Shown here piece by piece: positions 1-13,034 of a stretch of DNA of 64,000 bases (positions are counted from its first letter, which is position 1; each line of letters begins with the position of its first letter). The stretch is taken from the NCBI GenBank assembly GCA_951406725.2, contig OX597831.1:620001-684000 (forward strand), read 5' to 3'. The notes under the pieces were generated by a model, which was given only the letters and a program-made list of their open reading frames with translations, had not been told where the DNA came from and did no database searches. The position numbers and the translations under genes are program-made. This DNA comes from Octopus vulgaris (Eukaryota).

Positions 1-368
1 TATATATATATATATATATATATTTGTATACTACTTGTATGTATATGTGTGTGTGTGTGTGTGTATATATAAATGTTTACAATCTCCACTGAGCTGCAAA
101 TACTGAAGTTTGTTGATATTTCCTGTGTCAACAAATCATCCACTAGCTCTGCACTTTCAAATTCATTTGGAAAACAAAAACAACAAAAAGAAATCCCTTA
201 TAGAAAAGTCAGGTATGGACTGGCAGCAGAAAGAGCATCTAGTTGTAAAAATCCTGCCTTAATTACCTCCTATCTAAGCCATCAATTGCATAGCAAGAGT
301 CATTAAACAAACTTTATTCTTGATTATTGTATATTTCAAATGACTATTTAAAATATTTTATGTTCCAG

Positions 369-407
369 ATCTGGAATGAACGTACCTTCACAGCAGATTA
401 TATCAAA
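369..407 (+). CDS. GALC: Galactocerebrosidase (GH59) internal exon, IWNERTFTADYIK, containing the acid/base Glu (WNE motif)
   Basis: ttccag acceptor and gtgtgt donor; 39 nt, phase 0-0; resembles vertebrate IWNERSYNANYIK. Upstream exons are outside the window. Confidence 0.93.
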
Positions 408-520
408 GTGTGTATCTATAAATATTTTTTTTTCTTTTTCTTCTTTTTCTTTTTCTTTTTCTTCAGTATTTAGATTTAAGTATGTGAGCTATTAAATCAT
501 TTATTAATGAACTGTAAGTG

Positions 521-1355
521 CAGTGCTGGATTTAGGTACAAGCTAAACAAACTATAATTTAGGTTTGTGTTTCCCAACCTATATTCTCCCCAGGCCCCAC
601 TATAACTTTCCAGGAAATTGTATGTCTGACCAGTGGTTGGAAAAAAACCCAACTTTTTCATATTTTATCACAATTATTTTTTACAGAAGAATCTACTGGT
701 AACTCTTTTATTACGTATTGAGTACAGAAAAAAAGTACATTATTGACTAAGAAAAAGGGAATTACTTTAATGAGAACCTTGTGCCTTGTGACTATGTCAC
801 CATGCCCCATCACAATTTTCTCAGACCCTGCCACTGGTGGGAATCATTGACTTAGAGCCTCATAGTCTGAAAAGGGTCTTTTAAAATCTCAGAATTATAT
901 TTTATTCATAGTTTTAGTGTAATTTATCTTTGAGTCATAATTTTCTGGAATGGTTCTGTGGTTTAAGTAGTTTGCTTCACATTCATGTTGTTCTAAGTTC
1001 AATTCCACTGCACAGTGTCTTTTACCATTTCCTCATTTTAACCCTAATCTTGTGAGTAAAATTGGGTAGATTGAAATTGTATGGAAGCCTGGTGGAGGAA
1101 CTGTTTCTATTCTTGAGTGGTATACTTAATTTGTCACCTAGTTTAAACCATAGGTGCTGCCTTTTCTCCTCTAATACAGAAACCAAAATAAAGAAATTAC
1201 AAGTTTGTGAGCTTACACATGGAATTGTTATGCACTTTGATAGCATTACTGCTAAGTTCAGTTCTTACACAGTCTTATTTTTGTTACCAATTTTCAGATA
1301 TGGCTATTATGGGATTCCATAGCTCAGGGCCTCGCCATGTCTAAATCCAGCCATG
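521..1355. mobile_element. hAT-type non-autonomous DNA transposon (MITE)
   Basis: Imperfect TIRs cagtgctggatttag / ctaaatccagccatg; 8-bp TSD tgtaagtg (513-520) / tgtcagtg (1356-1363) with 1 mismatch. Confidence 0.6.
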
Positions 1356-2107
1356 TGTCAGTGTTTGAATAATTGACACTTTGCTCTTAAAATGTCCTTC
1401 AAGTAGAAACAAAAATTGTGATTACTCTATTAGGCCTCTAAGAGCAGTTAAATGAAGAACTGAAGGGATGAATTATTAAGGGATAGGAATGTGGCACAAG
1501 GGAATAAAATGACCCAAATTTTCATAACTTGACAGGGATAATAATAAGGATTTCTCACATGCTTTGATGTAAGTGCTATAGCTGATTTAATTGATTTAAT
1601 TTGATGTAAGTGGTATAGCTGATTTAATGTTACTGGTATTTATTTTGTCAACCTGAGTCTTAGGCAGTAAATTGGCAGAATCAATTGAGTATTAAACAAA
1701 AAATGCTGCAGTGTTTAGTTATGTTTTTTTTTTACATTCTGAGTTCAACTCCTGCCTAGGTCAACTTGTCCTATCAGCCTTTCGGGATTGGTGAAATAGA
1801 ATACTTATCCAGGGTGATGGCTTAGCAGAATCATCAAACAAAATGCTTCGTGGTGTTTCTTCAGGATTTTTATGTTCTGTGTGGCTAAGCAGGTGCAGCA
1901 ACCCCAGAATGAAGAGTGTTTAAGATGAGAGAACTTACTTTTGTGTATCTTCATTTTCAGTTAAAAAAAACTAGAGTATTGTTCATGCACCTGTTGCCTA
2001 TTGAAGGTTTAATTTCATTGATTACGTCTCTTTTTAATAACATATCAGTCCTCATTTAGACCTGTACCTCATACAAAGAAATACCATACTTTTATTTGAT
2101 TTGCCAG

Positions 2108-2235
2108 ATTCTCCGGAAAATTCTGAACACTAGCGGACTGTCACATGTACAGATTGTTGCAGCAGATGGTGGCTGGTCTATTGCAGATGCAATGTTGAAG
2201 GACGAAGAACTGCAAGCAGCTGTTTCTTACATTGG
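2108..2235 (+). CDS. GALC: GALC exon, ILRKILNTSGLSHVQIVAADGGWSIADAMLKDEELQAAVSYIG
   Basis: ttgccag/gtata splice sites; 128 nt, phase 0-2; in frame with both neighbours; similar to the GALC TIM barrel. Confidence 0.93.
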
Positions 2236-2287
2236 GTATAATATATTGTTTATAATGTTGTAAAATATAATTAAGTGCATACGCATG

Positions 2288-2323
<36 letters not shown>

Positions 2324-2387
2324 ATCATCATCATTGAGTGTCCATTTTCCATGCTACCCCAACATCATCTTCTATTTGTCTTTGCAG

Positions 2388-2505
2388 TGTCCATTACCCT
2401 GGTACAGTCACTACTGACAAAGCCATGAAGACCGGTCGACCTCTCTGGTCATCAGAAGATTATAGTACTTTTAATGATAATGTTGGTGCTGGATGCTGGG
2501 CCAGG
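2388..2505 (+). CDS. GALC: GALC exon, [39 protein letters not shown], containing the nucleophile Glu (WSSED motif)
   Basis: tttgcag/gtaag; 118 nt, phase 2-0; HYPG, LWSSED and GAGCW motifs; overlaps ORF 2338..2568. Confidence 0.96.
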
Positions 2506-2534
2506 GTAAGTTTATTATCTATAGTTTATTCATT

Positions 2535-3230
2535 AACTGGAAATAACATTCTTGATTGGCTGAAATAACATTTTGCATCAGATGAAATAGTATTTTGCAC
2601 TCAATGAAAAAGCATTTTGCATTGGCTGAAGTAGCATTTTGCATTGGTTAAAATAGCATTTTGCAGTGGTTGAAATAACCTTTTGCATTGGTTTAAATAG
2701 CATTTTAGATTAGCTGAAATAGCATTTTGCATTTGATGAAATAGCATTTTGCCTTGGCTGAAGTAGCAGTTTGCATTGGTTGAAATAACATTTTGCAGTG
2801 GTTGAAATAACCTTTTGCATTGGTTTAAATAGCATTTTAGATTAGCTGAAATAGCATTTTGCATTTGAAGAAATAAATTTTGTATTGGCTGAAGTAGCAG
2901 TTTACATTGGTTGAAATAACATTTTGCAGTGGTTGAAATAACATTTTGCAGTGGTTGAAATAGCCTTTTGCATTGGCTGAAGTAGCATTTTAGATTGCCT
3001 GAAATAGCATGATAGAATGATTGAAATTAGTATTTTAGATTGTTTGAAATTACTTTTTTAGATTAGTTAGAACAATATTTTGCATTGCATTTTAAATTGG
3101 AAGAAATATTTTACTTTGGTTGAAATAACATTTTAGATTGGCTGAAATGATATTTTGGGTTGGTTGAAATAACATTTTGGATTGGCTACAATACTATTTT
3201 ACATTGCTTGAAATAATATTTTGCATTAGC
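2535..3230. repeat. 22-bp minisatellite (ttggctgaaatagcattttgca) with a ~132-bp higher-order period
   Basis: About 30 degenerate units; the variant ttggctgaagtagca recurs at 2622, 2754 and 2885. Confidence 0.9.
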
Positions 3231-3275
3231 TCTTGTTATTGTTGTTTAACCATAGGTCAGTCTTTATCAAGTATA

Positions 3276-3830
3276 TCATCATCATCGTTGCCGTTGCCGT
3301 CACTGTTTAACGTCCGTTTTCCATGCTAGCATGGGTTGGACAGTTCGACCGGGGTCTAGGAAGCCAGGAAGCTGTGCCAGGCTCCAGTCTGATCTGGCAG
3401 TGTTTCTACAGCTGGATGCCCTTCCTAACACCAACCACTCTGTGAGTGTAGTGGGTGCTTTTTATGTGCCACTGGCACAGGGGCCAGAGGAGGCTGGCAA
3501 AAGGCCATGATTGGTTGGTGCTTTTTACGTGTCACCGACACAGACGCAGTCAGGTGGCGCTGGCATCAGCTATGTTCAGATGGTGTTTCCATTTGATTTT
3601 TATTTTGATGTTGGTGTTGACGTACTTAACTCAATAGGTCTCCTTAAGAACAGCGGATCCAACATTTCTCTCTGGGCGCTTACACTCTGTCGTGCGTGGA
3701 CACTGACATTACACATCCAGCGGATCATGCTAGCTTCATTTCTTTCAAGCCGCCGCATGTCCACTGCACTCACAGCCGTGAAGCATGGCAGTTCGCACAC
3801 ATGTGTCATACAATCTACCTTTCGCTCTAT
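3276..3830 (-). mobile_element. Internally deleted RTE LINE 3' fragment
   Basis: RRLERNEASMIRWMCNVS peptide (ORF 3600..3809) joined to the same 3'UTR and (GAT)n tail as the RTE at 9278-11011. Confidence 0.8.
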
Positions 3831-4705
3831 CCTGCTTAGAAATAACCAGACAGTGTAGAAAAGGATACTACTGGTCTAATGTAATCATCGAATGCTGTTT
3901 AATCCTAGATCAACCTAAATTGAGAAAAATCTATGATCATGGGGGCACCCTGACTGTAATTATTCCATGGGTATTCCATGATTTGACTGGAGTTGGGGTG
4001 ATGATTTCAATTATCAAAATACCTCCACCATTAAATCATCTAATTTGCAGAAAACACGTAATTATAATAAATGTTAGATAATTATCATATTTGCATAGAA
4101 CTTCTAGGAGTGTACATGTCGATTGTCTATACTTGTTGTACCTCTCCTGGTGACATGAGTGCTTCCAATCTATTTTAAGTTTTTAAAAGTTTTTAAGAGT
4201 ATCTAAGACTACATTATTTAATGTGTCTGTTGTTTTTGTTAAGTATGGTAGAATGTGATTTGAGGGAGATAAAGTTGATATTTCTAACAGAGAAAGCAAT
4301 TGTATAGAGAAAGACTTCCCATGTTTTGTTGTGTTGTTGTTGTTTAGTCCCAGGTTCACATTGATTGAATAAGTCTATCATCAAAGACAATCCAACTATG
4401 ACCATCCTGTTCTTTTTGGGAGTATCTAAGGTTAAGTTTTTCTGATGCAGTATTTCTTTTTTGAAGATGCTAGGATGTGATTTGAGGGTGATTTGGTTGC
4501 TATTTCTTGCAAAGTTGGCAATCACATAGTGACAATTATATTATGTCATATATTCTTATCAGAAATAAGGTTTTTTTTACATGGGCCTGTTTATTTTCAC
4601 TTTTCTACCAATGTTCCAACATGGCTACATAGAATATGTGAAACCAGTAGAAGCTCATGAAAGGATTAAATTATAATTTCTCTTTTTCTGAATTTTCTAT
4701 TTCAG

Positions 4706-4743
4706 ATTCTCAATCAAAATTATGTCAATGGTTACATGACCAG
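4706..4743 (+). CDS. GALC: GALC small exon, ILNQNYVNGYMT(S)
   Basis: tttcag/gtgag; 38 nt, phase 0-2; nearly identical to vertebrate ILNQNYINGYMTS. Confidence 0.94.
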
Positions 4744-4900
4744 GTGAGTATCAGATTTATTCTCTAAGAATTCTACAAAAACTCTGACTTTCTTTCTCTT
4801 CTACTTTTTGTCACTTTCAGTTCTTATTTTCACTTAAAAAAACATATACATCTATATATGTACATGTATATATATATATATATAAACATCTATTTATATA

Positions 4901-4971
<71 letters not shown>

Positions 4972-4987
4972 ATGATGATGATGATGA

Positions 4988-5021
<34 letters not shown>

Positions 5022-5083
5022 ATATATATATCTATATCTATATATATATACATTTGTGCAGATGTATACATATATATATATAT

Positions 5084-5339
5084 AATTAAAAATGAGGGTG
5101 TCTAAGAGACACTAACATGCCGAAATAGCAGTCGAAATTCTGACTATAAAAACCACGTTAAGTGTTCATATCGTACCAGAAATCCTGGATCTTGAATTAT
5201 TCAATAATTTTTGCTTGTATATTTTGTCCCTCTGTCTTATCTCATGGTACGATATGAACACTTAACGTGGTTTTTATAGTCAGAATTTCGACTGCTATTT
5301 CGGCATGTTGGTGTCTCTTAGACACCCTCATTTTTAATT
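5084..5339. repeat. 95-bp-arm inverted repeat embedded in (TA)n
   Basis: 5084-5178 is the reverse complement of 5245-5339 with 1 mismatch; 66-bp spacer. Confidence 0.92.
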
Positions 5340-5429
5340 GTTAAAAATTATTACCTTTGTACGGTATTTTTCCCATGCTGGCCACTTGATAATATTGATA
5401 CTTAAATATCGATATTATCCTCATATATA

Positions 5430-5491
<62 letters not shown>

Positions 5492-5502
5492 TTGTGCAGA
5501 TG

Positions 5503-5533
<31 letters not shown>

Positions 5534-5567
5534 ATTTGTGCAGACGTATACATACATATATATATAT

Positions 5568-5601
<34 letters not shown>

Positions 5602-6614
5602 ACACACACATAATATATATATTATATATATGTATGTATATATGTATGTATGCCTGTATATGTGAGATAATAGTTTCACTTTAATAGTTTCAGTATTAAA
5701 GTGAAACTATTAAAGTGAAAGTATCTGACATTACAATAGAAAGATGTTATTGTTTCACTTTTGACATGTAATACTGAAATAGTGGAGAAGATATGATATT
5801 GCTGTGGGCTCGCACTATGCAAGAAGTTAAAAAATGTTTGGCCTATGACACTACATAGACCCTAAGTAAGGCATGTGTAAAATTTAAATGAAATTGGTTG
5901 TGTAGTTCTCAAGACACACAGACAGACTCACAGATAGTCAGACACACATTCTCATCTACACACACACACACACATCATGGTTTCTGTGTAGGTGGAATGG
6001 ATGCAACAGATATTTAAAGAGTGTGGTACCTATATATAATTTGGCAGACTTGATAAAAGAGCAATTTCTATGACTCCATGGTACCTATATACAACTATGT
6101 GTACTTGGTACATAAATAATTTCTCTAACTCCATGCTACCACTGGTGGGTTGTGAACAGAGAGAAATAGCAGCACCTAATCACTTCAGCCTTCACTCAGC
6201 ATCAGAAAATGATGCCAGGTGAGCAAAAGGAAGGTAGAAAGGACAACTTCTCATGTTGCTCCTTAAATGTGGAGCTTGGTCTGTAAACTTTCAATAGAGT
6301 AGACTTGGTTGTAGGCATTTAAGGATCAGGTTTTTGGGGGTTAAAACCAGGTAACTGGTCAAGTCTGCCCTCATAGTAAGTTTAGTAGTAATTCAGCTGC
6401 ATGTTAGCTCTAACTGAGTAGACCTATGATCAGAGGCATTCCAGCCATGACCATCTCTGTTTGTATATATTGGCATAGATTGTCTACTGTTCCCAAGAAC
6501 AACATTAATAATTGCATAATTGACTATATATTCATACTCACTTCAAACTTGTATTTCTGTACTTTTGTTAAAAAAATCTTTATTTTCGTTATTGTCATCA
6601 TTTTTGTTATGACT

Positions 6615-6652
<38 letters not shown>

Positions 6653-6945
6653 TGTGATTGTCATCAACTTCCTTTTCCTCTACCTCATCACCATTATCGT
6701 TGTCCTCCTCCTCCTCCTCCTCCTCCTCCTATCATTGTCATCAACATCAGTGACATCATCAATGTCATCATCATTAACATTATCATTATCATCATAGTCC
6801 TCCTCCTTATTGTCATCAACATCACTGGTAACATCACCATCCTCATCATCATTGTTATTATTATCGTCATCATGATCATAATCTTGACCACCATCACCAC
6901 CACCACCACCACCATCATTAATCCTTGTCGGTCTTTCTATTTCAG

Positions 6946-7070
6946 TACAATATCCTGGAACCTCATTGCCAGTTACTACTCCACTTTACCGTTCAACCGT
7001 TGTGGACTGATGACCGCATATGAACCATGGAGTGGTCATTATGAAGTCAATTCACCAATTTGGGTGACTG
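6946..7070 (+). CDS. GALC: GALC exon, [41 protein letters not shown]
   Basis: tttcag/gtaaa; 125 nt, phase 2-1; WNLIASYY and EPWSGHY motifs; overlaps ORF 6872..7105. Confidence 0.96.
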
Positions 7071-7177
7071 GTAAATATTTCTCTTCCATATTTTTTAGCA
7101 TGTAACTGCTGGTCACTGCTGGTCAGTATTAGTTTCTGTTGGTCAGCGTTAATCATTGCTGGTCAGCGTTAATCAGT

Positions 7178-7580
7178 CTTCATCATCATTGTTCGACCGT
7201 GGTCGAGACAATGGAATTTACCATGCTACGCTAGACTTCACAGTCCATCATGGCATTACGGAGGTCCTGTTGCTGGATGCCTGTATCCCTGGAGATTACA
7301 TCAGGGTAGGAGAGTGTGTGCCCTCTGGTATTGCGAGTAGATGGCTTCCAGAAGAGAAGAGTAGAAATTACTTCTTTTTCAGCTCTACAACAATGTCCAG
7401 CAAACTGGACTCTCCTACCTTTCACAAGAGATGACACAGGTGGTAGTTTCCCATATATTTGTATTTTGGTTGGATGGCGCTTCCATGAGAGATTTTGAGC
7501 TCTCATAAGGAGGCAAGTGTAGGTTCCATCCAACTGCCTCTCAAGCTTCTTTGATAACGTCCAGGTTTCTGAGCCATATC
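7178..7580 (-). mobile_element. RTE/RTEX-like LINE 3' end
   Basis: ORF 7231..7533 (DGTYT-LL-RAQNLSW---TK--IYG-LPP-S-----RR-QFAGHC) is a typical RTE-group C-terminus; followed by a (TGA)n tail. Confidence 0.8.
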
Positions 7581-8141
7581 AGTCTTGGTCAATGTTGGCC
7601 ACTGCTGATTAGTGTAGGTCAACATTGATTGCTGTTAGTCAGTGTTGGTCACTTCTGGTCAATGTTGGCTTGAATTGGTAGATTAGATGCCTTTCGTCAT
7701 TGCTAGATAAAGCTTCATGTTTGAAATAGTAGCCAAATCTCTTTCATGTCAACCTTATTCTCTTAAGAAAGAAATGGCAGATTTGATGATCAATACAATA
7801 AGTCTGAATGAATAAAAAGTGGGATGGTCATGGCTGGAACACCTTTGATCATAAGTCTGCTACTGGATCAATGTTGAGCTAGGGCTACATGACACCAACA
7901 AAACCAGCATTGCTACCAATGTCCTCACTCTGCTAGAAATAATAGCTAAATTTATTCAGATTTCACTTTACTGGCTTAAAGAAGAACATACTGGAGAGTG
8001 TTAAGGTACACTGTGCTCCCAAAAAGTATCAGGTGGTCATGGATGGAATATCTTTCATCATTTGTCTGCCTTATGAAACAGTAGACCTAGTATTTGAGTA
8101 CTATTTTTTCCTACATTGTTTCACATTTATGTTCTTACTTT

Positions 8142-8186
<45 letters not shown>

Positions 8187-8779
8187 GTACTTTGGTATAT
8201 ATACAAGTGATGTTGATGACAATAATAACAATGATAATAGGTTTAAAAACATCAGTTGAAAGGACCAATGAAAAGAAAACAATTTCAAATGTGGTCAGTA
8301 GATAGTTTGGTGGTAAGATGTAGATCATTACTATTTGAGTTCTGGCTGCATGTGACAGAGTAACGAAATTTCTTGTACTAAAGAAGGAAGGAAATAAATC
8401 TACAAATTGCTGCATTAAAATATGTTTAATATTCTTTGAATTACAAAGTTTAGTTACTTAAATTAAATATTACAAAATATGAAAATTAGTTTTATAAATA
8501 GAATTAGATAGTCTTTGTAGGAAAAGCTGAAATGTAATAACAGAGAAGAAAAGAATATGATACAGCGACGATGTGACTGGCTCTAAGCGGAGAATGGCTA
8601 AGAGCAAATCTCTGGCTTTGCGAGCTGATTTTATAAGTAGAATGCTGGAGTTTTCCAGAACATTCTAGTAGCTCAAATTCTAGAAGCTTTCAAATATGCA
8701 TGAAATAATTAGTTACAATCAAGGGAGCTCACTCACTGAATTTTCCTGCGAAGGGAGCTAATTCTACGATTTACTATAA

Positions 8780-9181
8780 AATTCTTTTCTACTTTAGGTA
8801 CAAGGCCCGAAATTTTGAGGGAGTGGGCCAATCGATTTGATCGACCTCAGTACACAACTTGTGCTTAATTTATCGTCCCCGAAAGGATGAAAACCAAAGT
8901 TGACCTCGGCAGAATTTGAACTTTGAACGTAAAGACAGACGAAATGCCTATTTCTTTACTACCCACAAGGGGCTAAACACAGATGGGACAAACAAGGACA
9001 GACGAACGGATTAAGTCGATTACATCGACCCCAGTGCGTAACTGGTGCTTAATTTATCGACCCCGAAAGGATGAAAGGCAAAGTAGACCTCGGCGGAATT
9101 TGAACTCAGAATGCAGCAGCGGACGAAATACCACAAAGCATTTCGCCTGGCGTGCTAACGTTTCTGCCAGCTTGCTACCTT
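8780..9181 (-). mobile_element. Two adjacent or nested tRNA-derived SINEs with a Nin/Deu-like central domain
   Basis: Reverse complement contains gcctttcatcctttcggggtcgataaattaagcaccag and a gagttcaaattcc B-box-like motif, twice. Confidence 0.75.
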
Positions 9182-9277
9182 GATTTACTACAATATTACT
9201 CTACCTCTGGTATTCGAGTACCATTTTTTCCTACCTTGTCTCACATTTATGTGCTTACTTTGGTATATATATATACA

Positions 9278-11011
9278 CACCAAGGTTCAGTCCTCAGCCC
9301 CCTCCTATTTATCATAGTTCTCCAGGCAATAATAGAGGAATTCAAGACTGGATTCCTCTGGGAGCTCCTCTATGCTGATGACCTTGCTCTAATTGCTGAG
9401 TTACTATCAGAACTGGAGGAGAAGTTTCAGGTGTGGAAGCAAGGATTAGAATCGAAGGGCCTTAGAGTCAACCTAGCTAAAACCAAAGTTCTAATAAGTA
9501 GGAAGGTAGACAAACCACAAACGCCTTCAGGTAGATGGCCCTGCTCGATCTGTAGAAAAGGCGTAGGTAGAAACTCTATAAGATGTACCCAGTGTAAGTT
9601 ATGGACACATAAGAGGTGCAGCAATGTCAAAGGAAGGCTAACTGGGAAGATAGTTTTTGTATGTGGCAGATGCTCAGGAGCAATAAACACTGAAAATCTG
9701 CAGAAAACAACTTCCGTCACTTTCGAGGGAGAAAATCTAGAAGTAGTTGATAGCTTCCATTACCTAGGTGACTAAGTCAGTAGCGGGGGTGGGTGTGCTG
9801 AAAGTGTAACTGCTAGAGTAATAATAGCCTGGGCAAAGTTCAGAGAGCTCTTACCTCTGCTGGTGACAAAGGACCTCTCGCTCAGATTAAAAGGTAGACT
9901 GTATGACGCATGTGTACGAACAGCCTTGCTACATGGCAATGAAGCCTGGGCCGTGACTGCTGAGGACATGCCTAAACTCACGAGGAATGAAGCCAGTATG
10001 CTCTGATGGATGTGTAATGTCAGTGTACATACTCAACAGAGTGTAAATACCTTGAGAGAAAAGTTGGATCTAAGAAGCATCAGCTGTGGTGTGCAAGAGA
10101 GACGATAGCGCTGGTATGGTCATGTGGGGAGAATGGATGCAGATAGGTGTGTGAAAAAGTGCCAATCCCTAGCGGTTGAGGGAACCTGTGGAAGAGGTAG
10201 ACCCAGGAAAACCTTGGACAAGGTGGTGAAGCACGACCTTCGAACATTAGGCCTCACCGAGGCAATGACTAGTGACTGAGACCTTTGGAAATATGCTGTG
10301 CATGAGAAGACCCAGCAGGATAAGTGAGACCATAACCCGTGGCTTTGCCAGGGATGTAGCCAGCCCACTTATGCATGCCTTTCCTTCTTTGGACATGCGA
10401 AGACCTGTTGAGGCAAGTGAAGTCAAAATTGAATTTGAAATCGAACCTCATCCGACGACTGGCACCTATGCCAACCTCCCTTCATTGGACACTAAACTCT
10501 GCTTGCGAAGACCTGTTGGGGCAAGTGAAATCGGAATCGAAATTGAACCAATCCTATGACTGGCAGTTGCCAGTGCCGCTGGACTGACTCCTGTGCAGGT
10601 GGCAAGTAAAGAAACACCGTTTCGACCCTGTGCTTGAGGAGACCTATTGAGTCAAGTACATCAACATCAAAAATCAATGGAAATTTCTAGTTGTGATCCC
10701 TGTGCCGGTGGCACGAAAAAAGCACCATCCAAACATGGCTGATGCCAGCGCCGCCTTGACTGGCTTCCGTGCCGGTGGCACGTAAAAAGCACCAACTGAT
10801 CGTGGCCGTTGCCAGCCTAGTCTGGCACCTGTGCCGGTGGCACGTAAAAAGCACCCACTACACTCACGGAGTGGTTGGCGTTAGGAAGGGCATCCAGCTG
10901 TAGAAACACTGCCAGATCAGATTGAAGCCTGGTGCAGCCTTCTGGCTTCTCAGACATCAGTCGAACCATCCAACCCATGCTAGCATGGAAAGCGGACGTT
11001 GATGATGATGA
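9278..11011 (+). mobile_element. 5'-truncated RTE LINE with a PHD finger inside the RT, a long 3'UTR and a (GAT)n tail
   Basis: ORF 9152..9775 has QGSVLSPLLF, LYADDL, NLAKTK, a C4HC3 finger and FHYLG; continues through stops to RLRWYGHV-like and RGRPRK motifs; ends ggaaagcggacgttgatgatg. Confidence 0.93.
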
Positions 11012-11035
11012 TACATACATACATACATACATGCA

Positions 11036-11312
<277 letters not shown>

Positions 11313-11414
11313 CATATATATATATATATACATACACATATATATATATATACATACACATACACATACGTATATATGTACATATACATACATATGTACA
11401 TATGTGTGTATGTA

Positions 11415-11508
<94 letters not shown>

Positions 11509-11879
11509 CACATACACATACATACATACATATATGTATGTGTATATATGATGATTGCCATTTCTGTATGGATGAAGGTCATTCCTTCAGTTAATAAATA
11601 CTGTCATGAGATCTCACATGACTAGCAAGTCCTGCTCTTGACAAACAAACACTACTGCGGATCTTACAAATATTTTTAAACAGAAAAGTATCTGAGTCGA
11701 TAGAGAGAGGGGGAGGGAGAGATAAGAGAGAGTTGATAGATAAAAAGACAGAGAGTCAAGAGGCAGAGTGAATAGATAGGTTGACGAATGGGTTGATGGT
11801 TGGGGTGGATGGACAAGTGGGTAGATTTTAATGGATGGATGGGTGTGTGTGTGTGTATGTATATATATATATATATATT

Positions 11880-12109
11880 CTTCCTTTTACTTTCTTTTAC
11901 TTGTTTCAGTCATTTGATTGCAGTCATGCTGGAGCACCACCTTTAGTTGAGCAAATCGACCCCAGGACTTATTCTTTGGAAGCCTAGTACTCATTCTATC
12001 AGTCTCTTTTGCCGAACCATTAAGTTACAGGACGTAAACACACTGCCATCAGTTGTCAAGCAATGTTGGGGGGGGGACAAACACAGAGACACAAACATAT
12101 ACACACATG

Positions 12110-12152
<43 letters not shown>

Positions 12153-12322
12153 GTATATACGATGAGCTTCTTTCAGTTTCCATCTACCAAATCCACTCAC
12201 AAGGCTTTGGTCAGCTCGCAGCTATAGTAGAAGACACTTGCCCAAGGTTCCATGCAATGGGAATGAACCTGGAACCATGTGGTTGGTAAGCAAGCTACTT
12301 ACCACACAGGCACTCTTGCGTC
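11880..12322 (-). mobile_element. tRNA-derived CORE-like SINE with internal (TA/TG)n and a (GTAAAAGA)n tail
   Basis: Same family as 13536-13940 and 63497-63913. Confidence 0.8.
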
Positions 12323-12757
12323 TATATATATATATAAAATATATATATATTTTATATATTTATATATATTTGTGTATGTGTATTTGTGCATAACATAGTA
12401 TTTGCCTGTTCCCCCCCCCACACACACTGTGCTCACAACGGGTCTTTGTTTGTTTACATCCCTGTAACGTAGCAGTTCTGTAAAATAGACTAATAGAATA
12501 AGTACCAAACTTTAAACCAAACAAGTACTAGAGTCAGCTTGTTCATCTAAACCTGTCAAGGTGATACCCCAGCATGGTTGCAGTGCAATGACTAGAATAA
12601 GTAAAAGATAGCGTATTGTTGACCTAAAGGATGAAAAGCAAAGTTGAACCCCAAAGATATAACTGGAAGAAATACTGCTAAGCATTTTACCCTTGACAAC
12701 AACAATGCTAATAATGACATCAATAACAGCCATGTTCTTTTATTTTCTCTCTTGTAG

Positions 12758-12897
12758 CACACACAACACATTTTGCTGGTATTGGATGGAAATATTTAAA
12801 ACATGACAGTGGTGTTGGCAAATTCAAAAAAGGTGGGAGTTATGTATCTCTAGTGAGTCCTAGTAACAAGGATTTGACTATCGTCATTGAGACTATG
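12758..12897 (+). CDS. GALC: GALC exon, [47 protein letters not shown]
   Basis: ttgtag/gtaag; 140 nt, phase 1-0; AHTT-F--GW-YL, GGSYV and LTIVIETM motifs. Confidence 0.95.
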
Positions 12898-13034
12898 GTA
12901 AGCACTGTTGTCTTCTATTTCTTATATTATCATTAGAATATTTATCAATACATTGACCTTTAAAATGTTTAATTAGAAATAATTATGTGATGAAAGAATA
13001 AAATAGAAAGATGATAGATAGATAGATAATACAT

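Noticed and set aside
8330-8778. Possible solo LTR
   Set aside because: Composition is suggestive, but I could not define TG...CA ends or a TSD.
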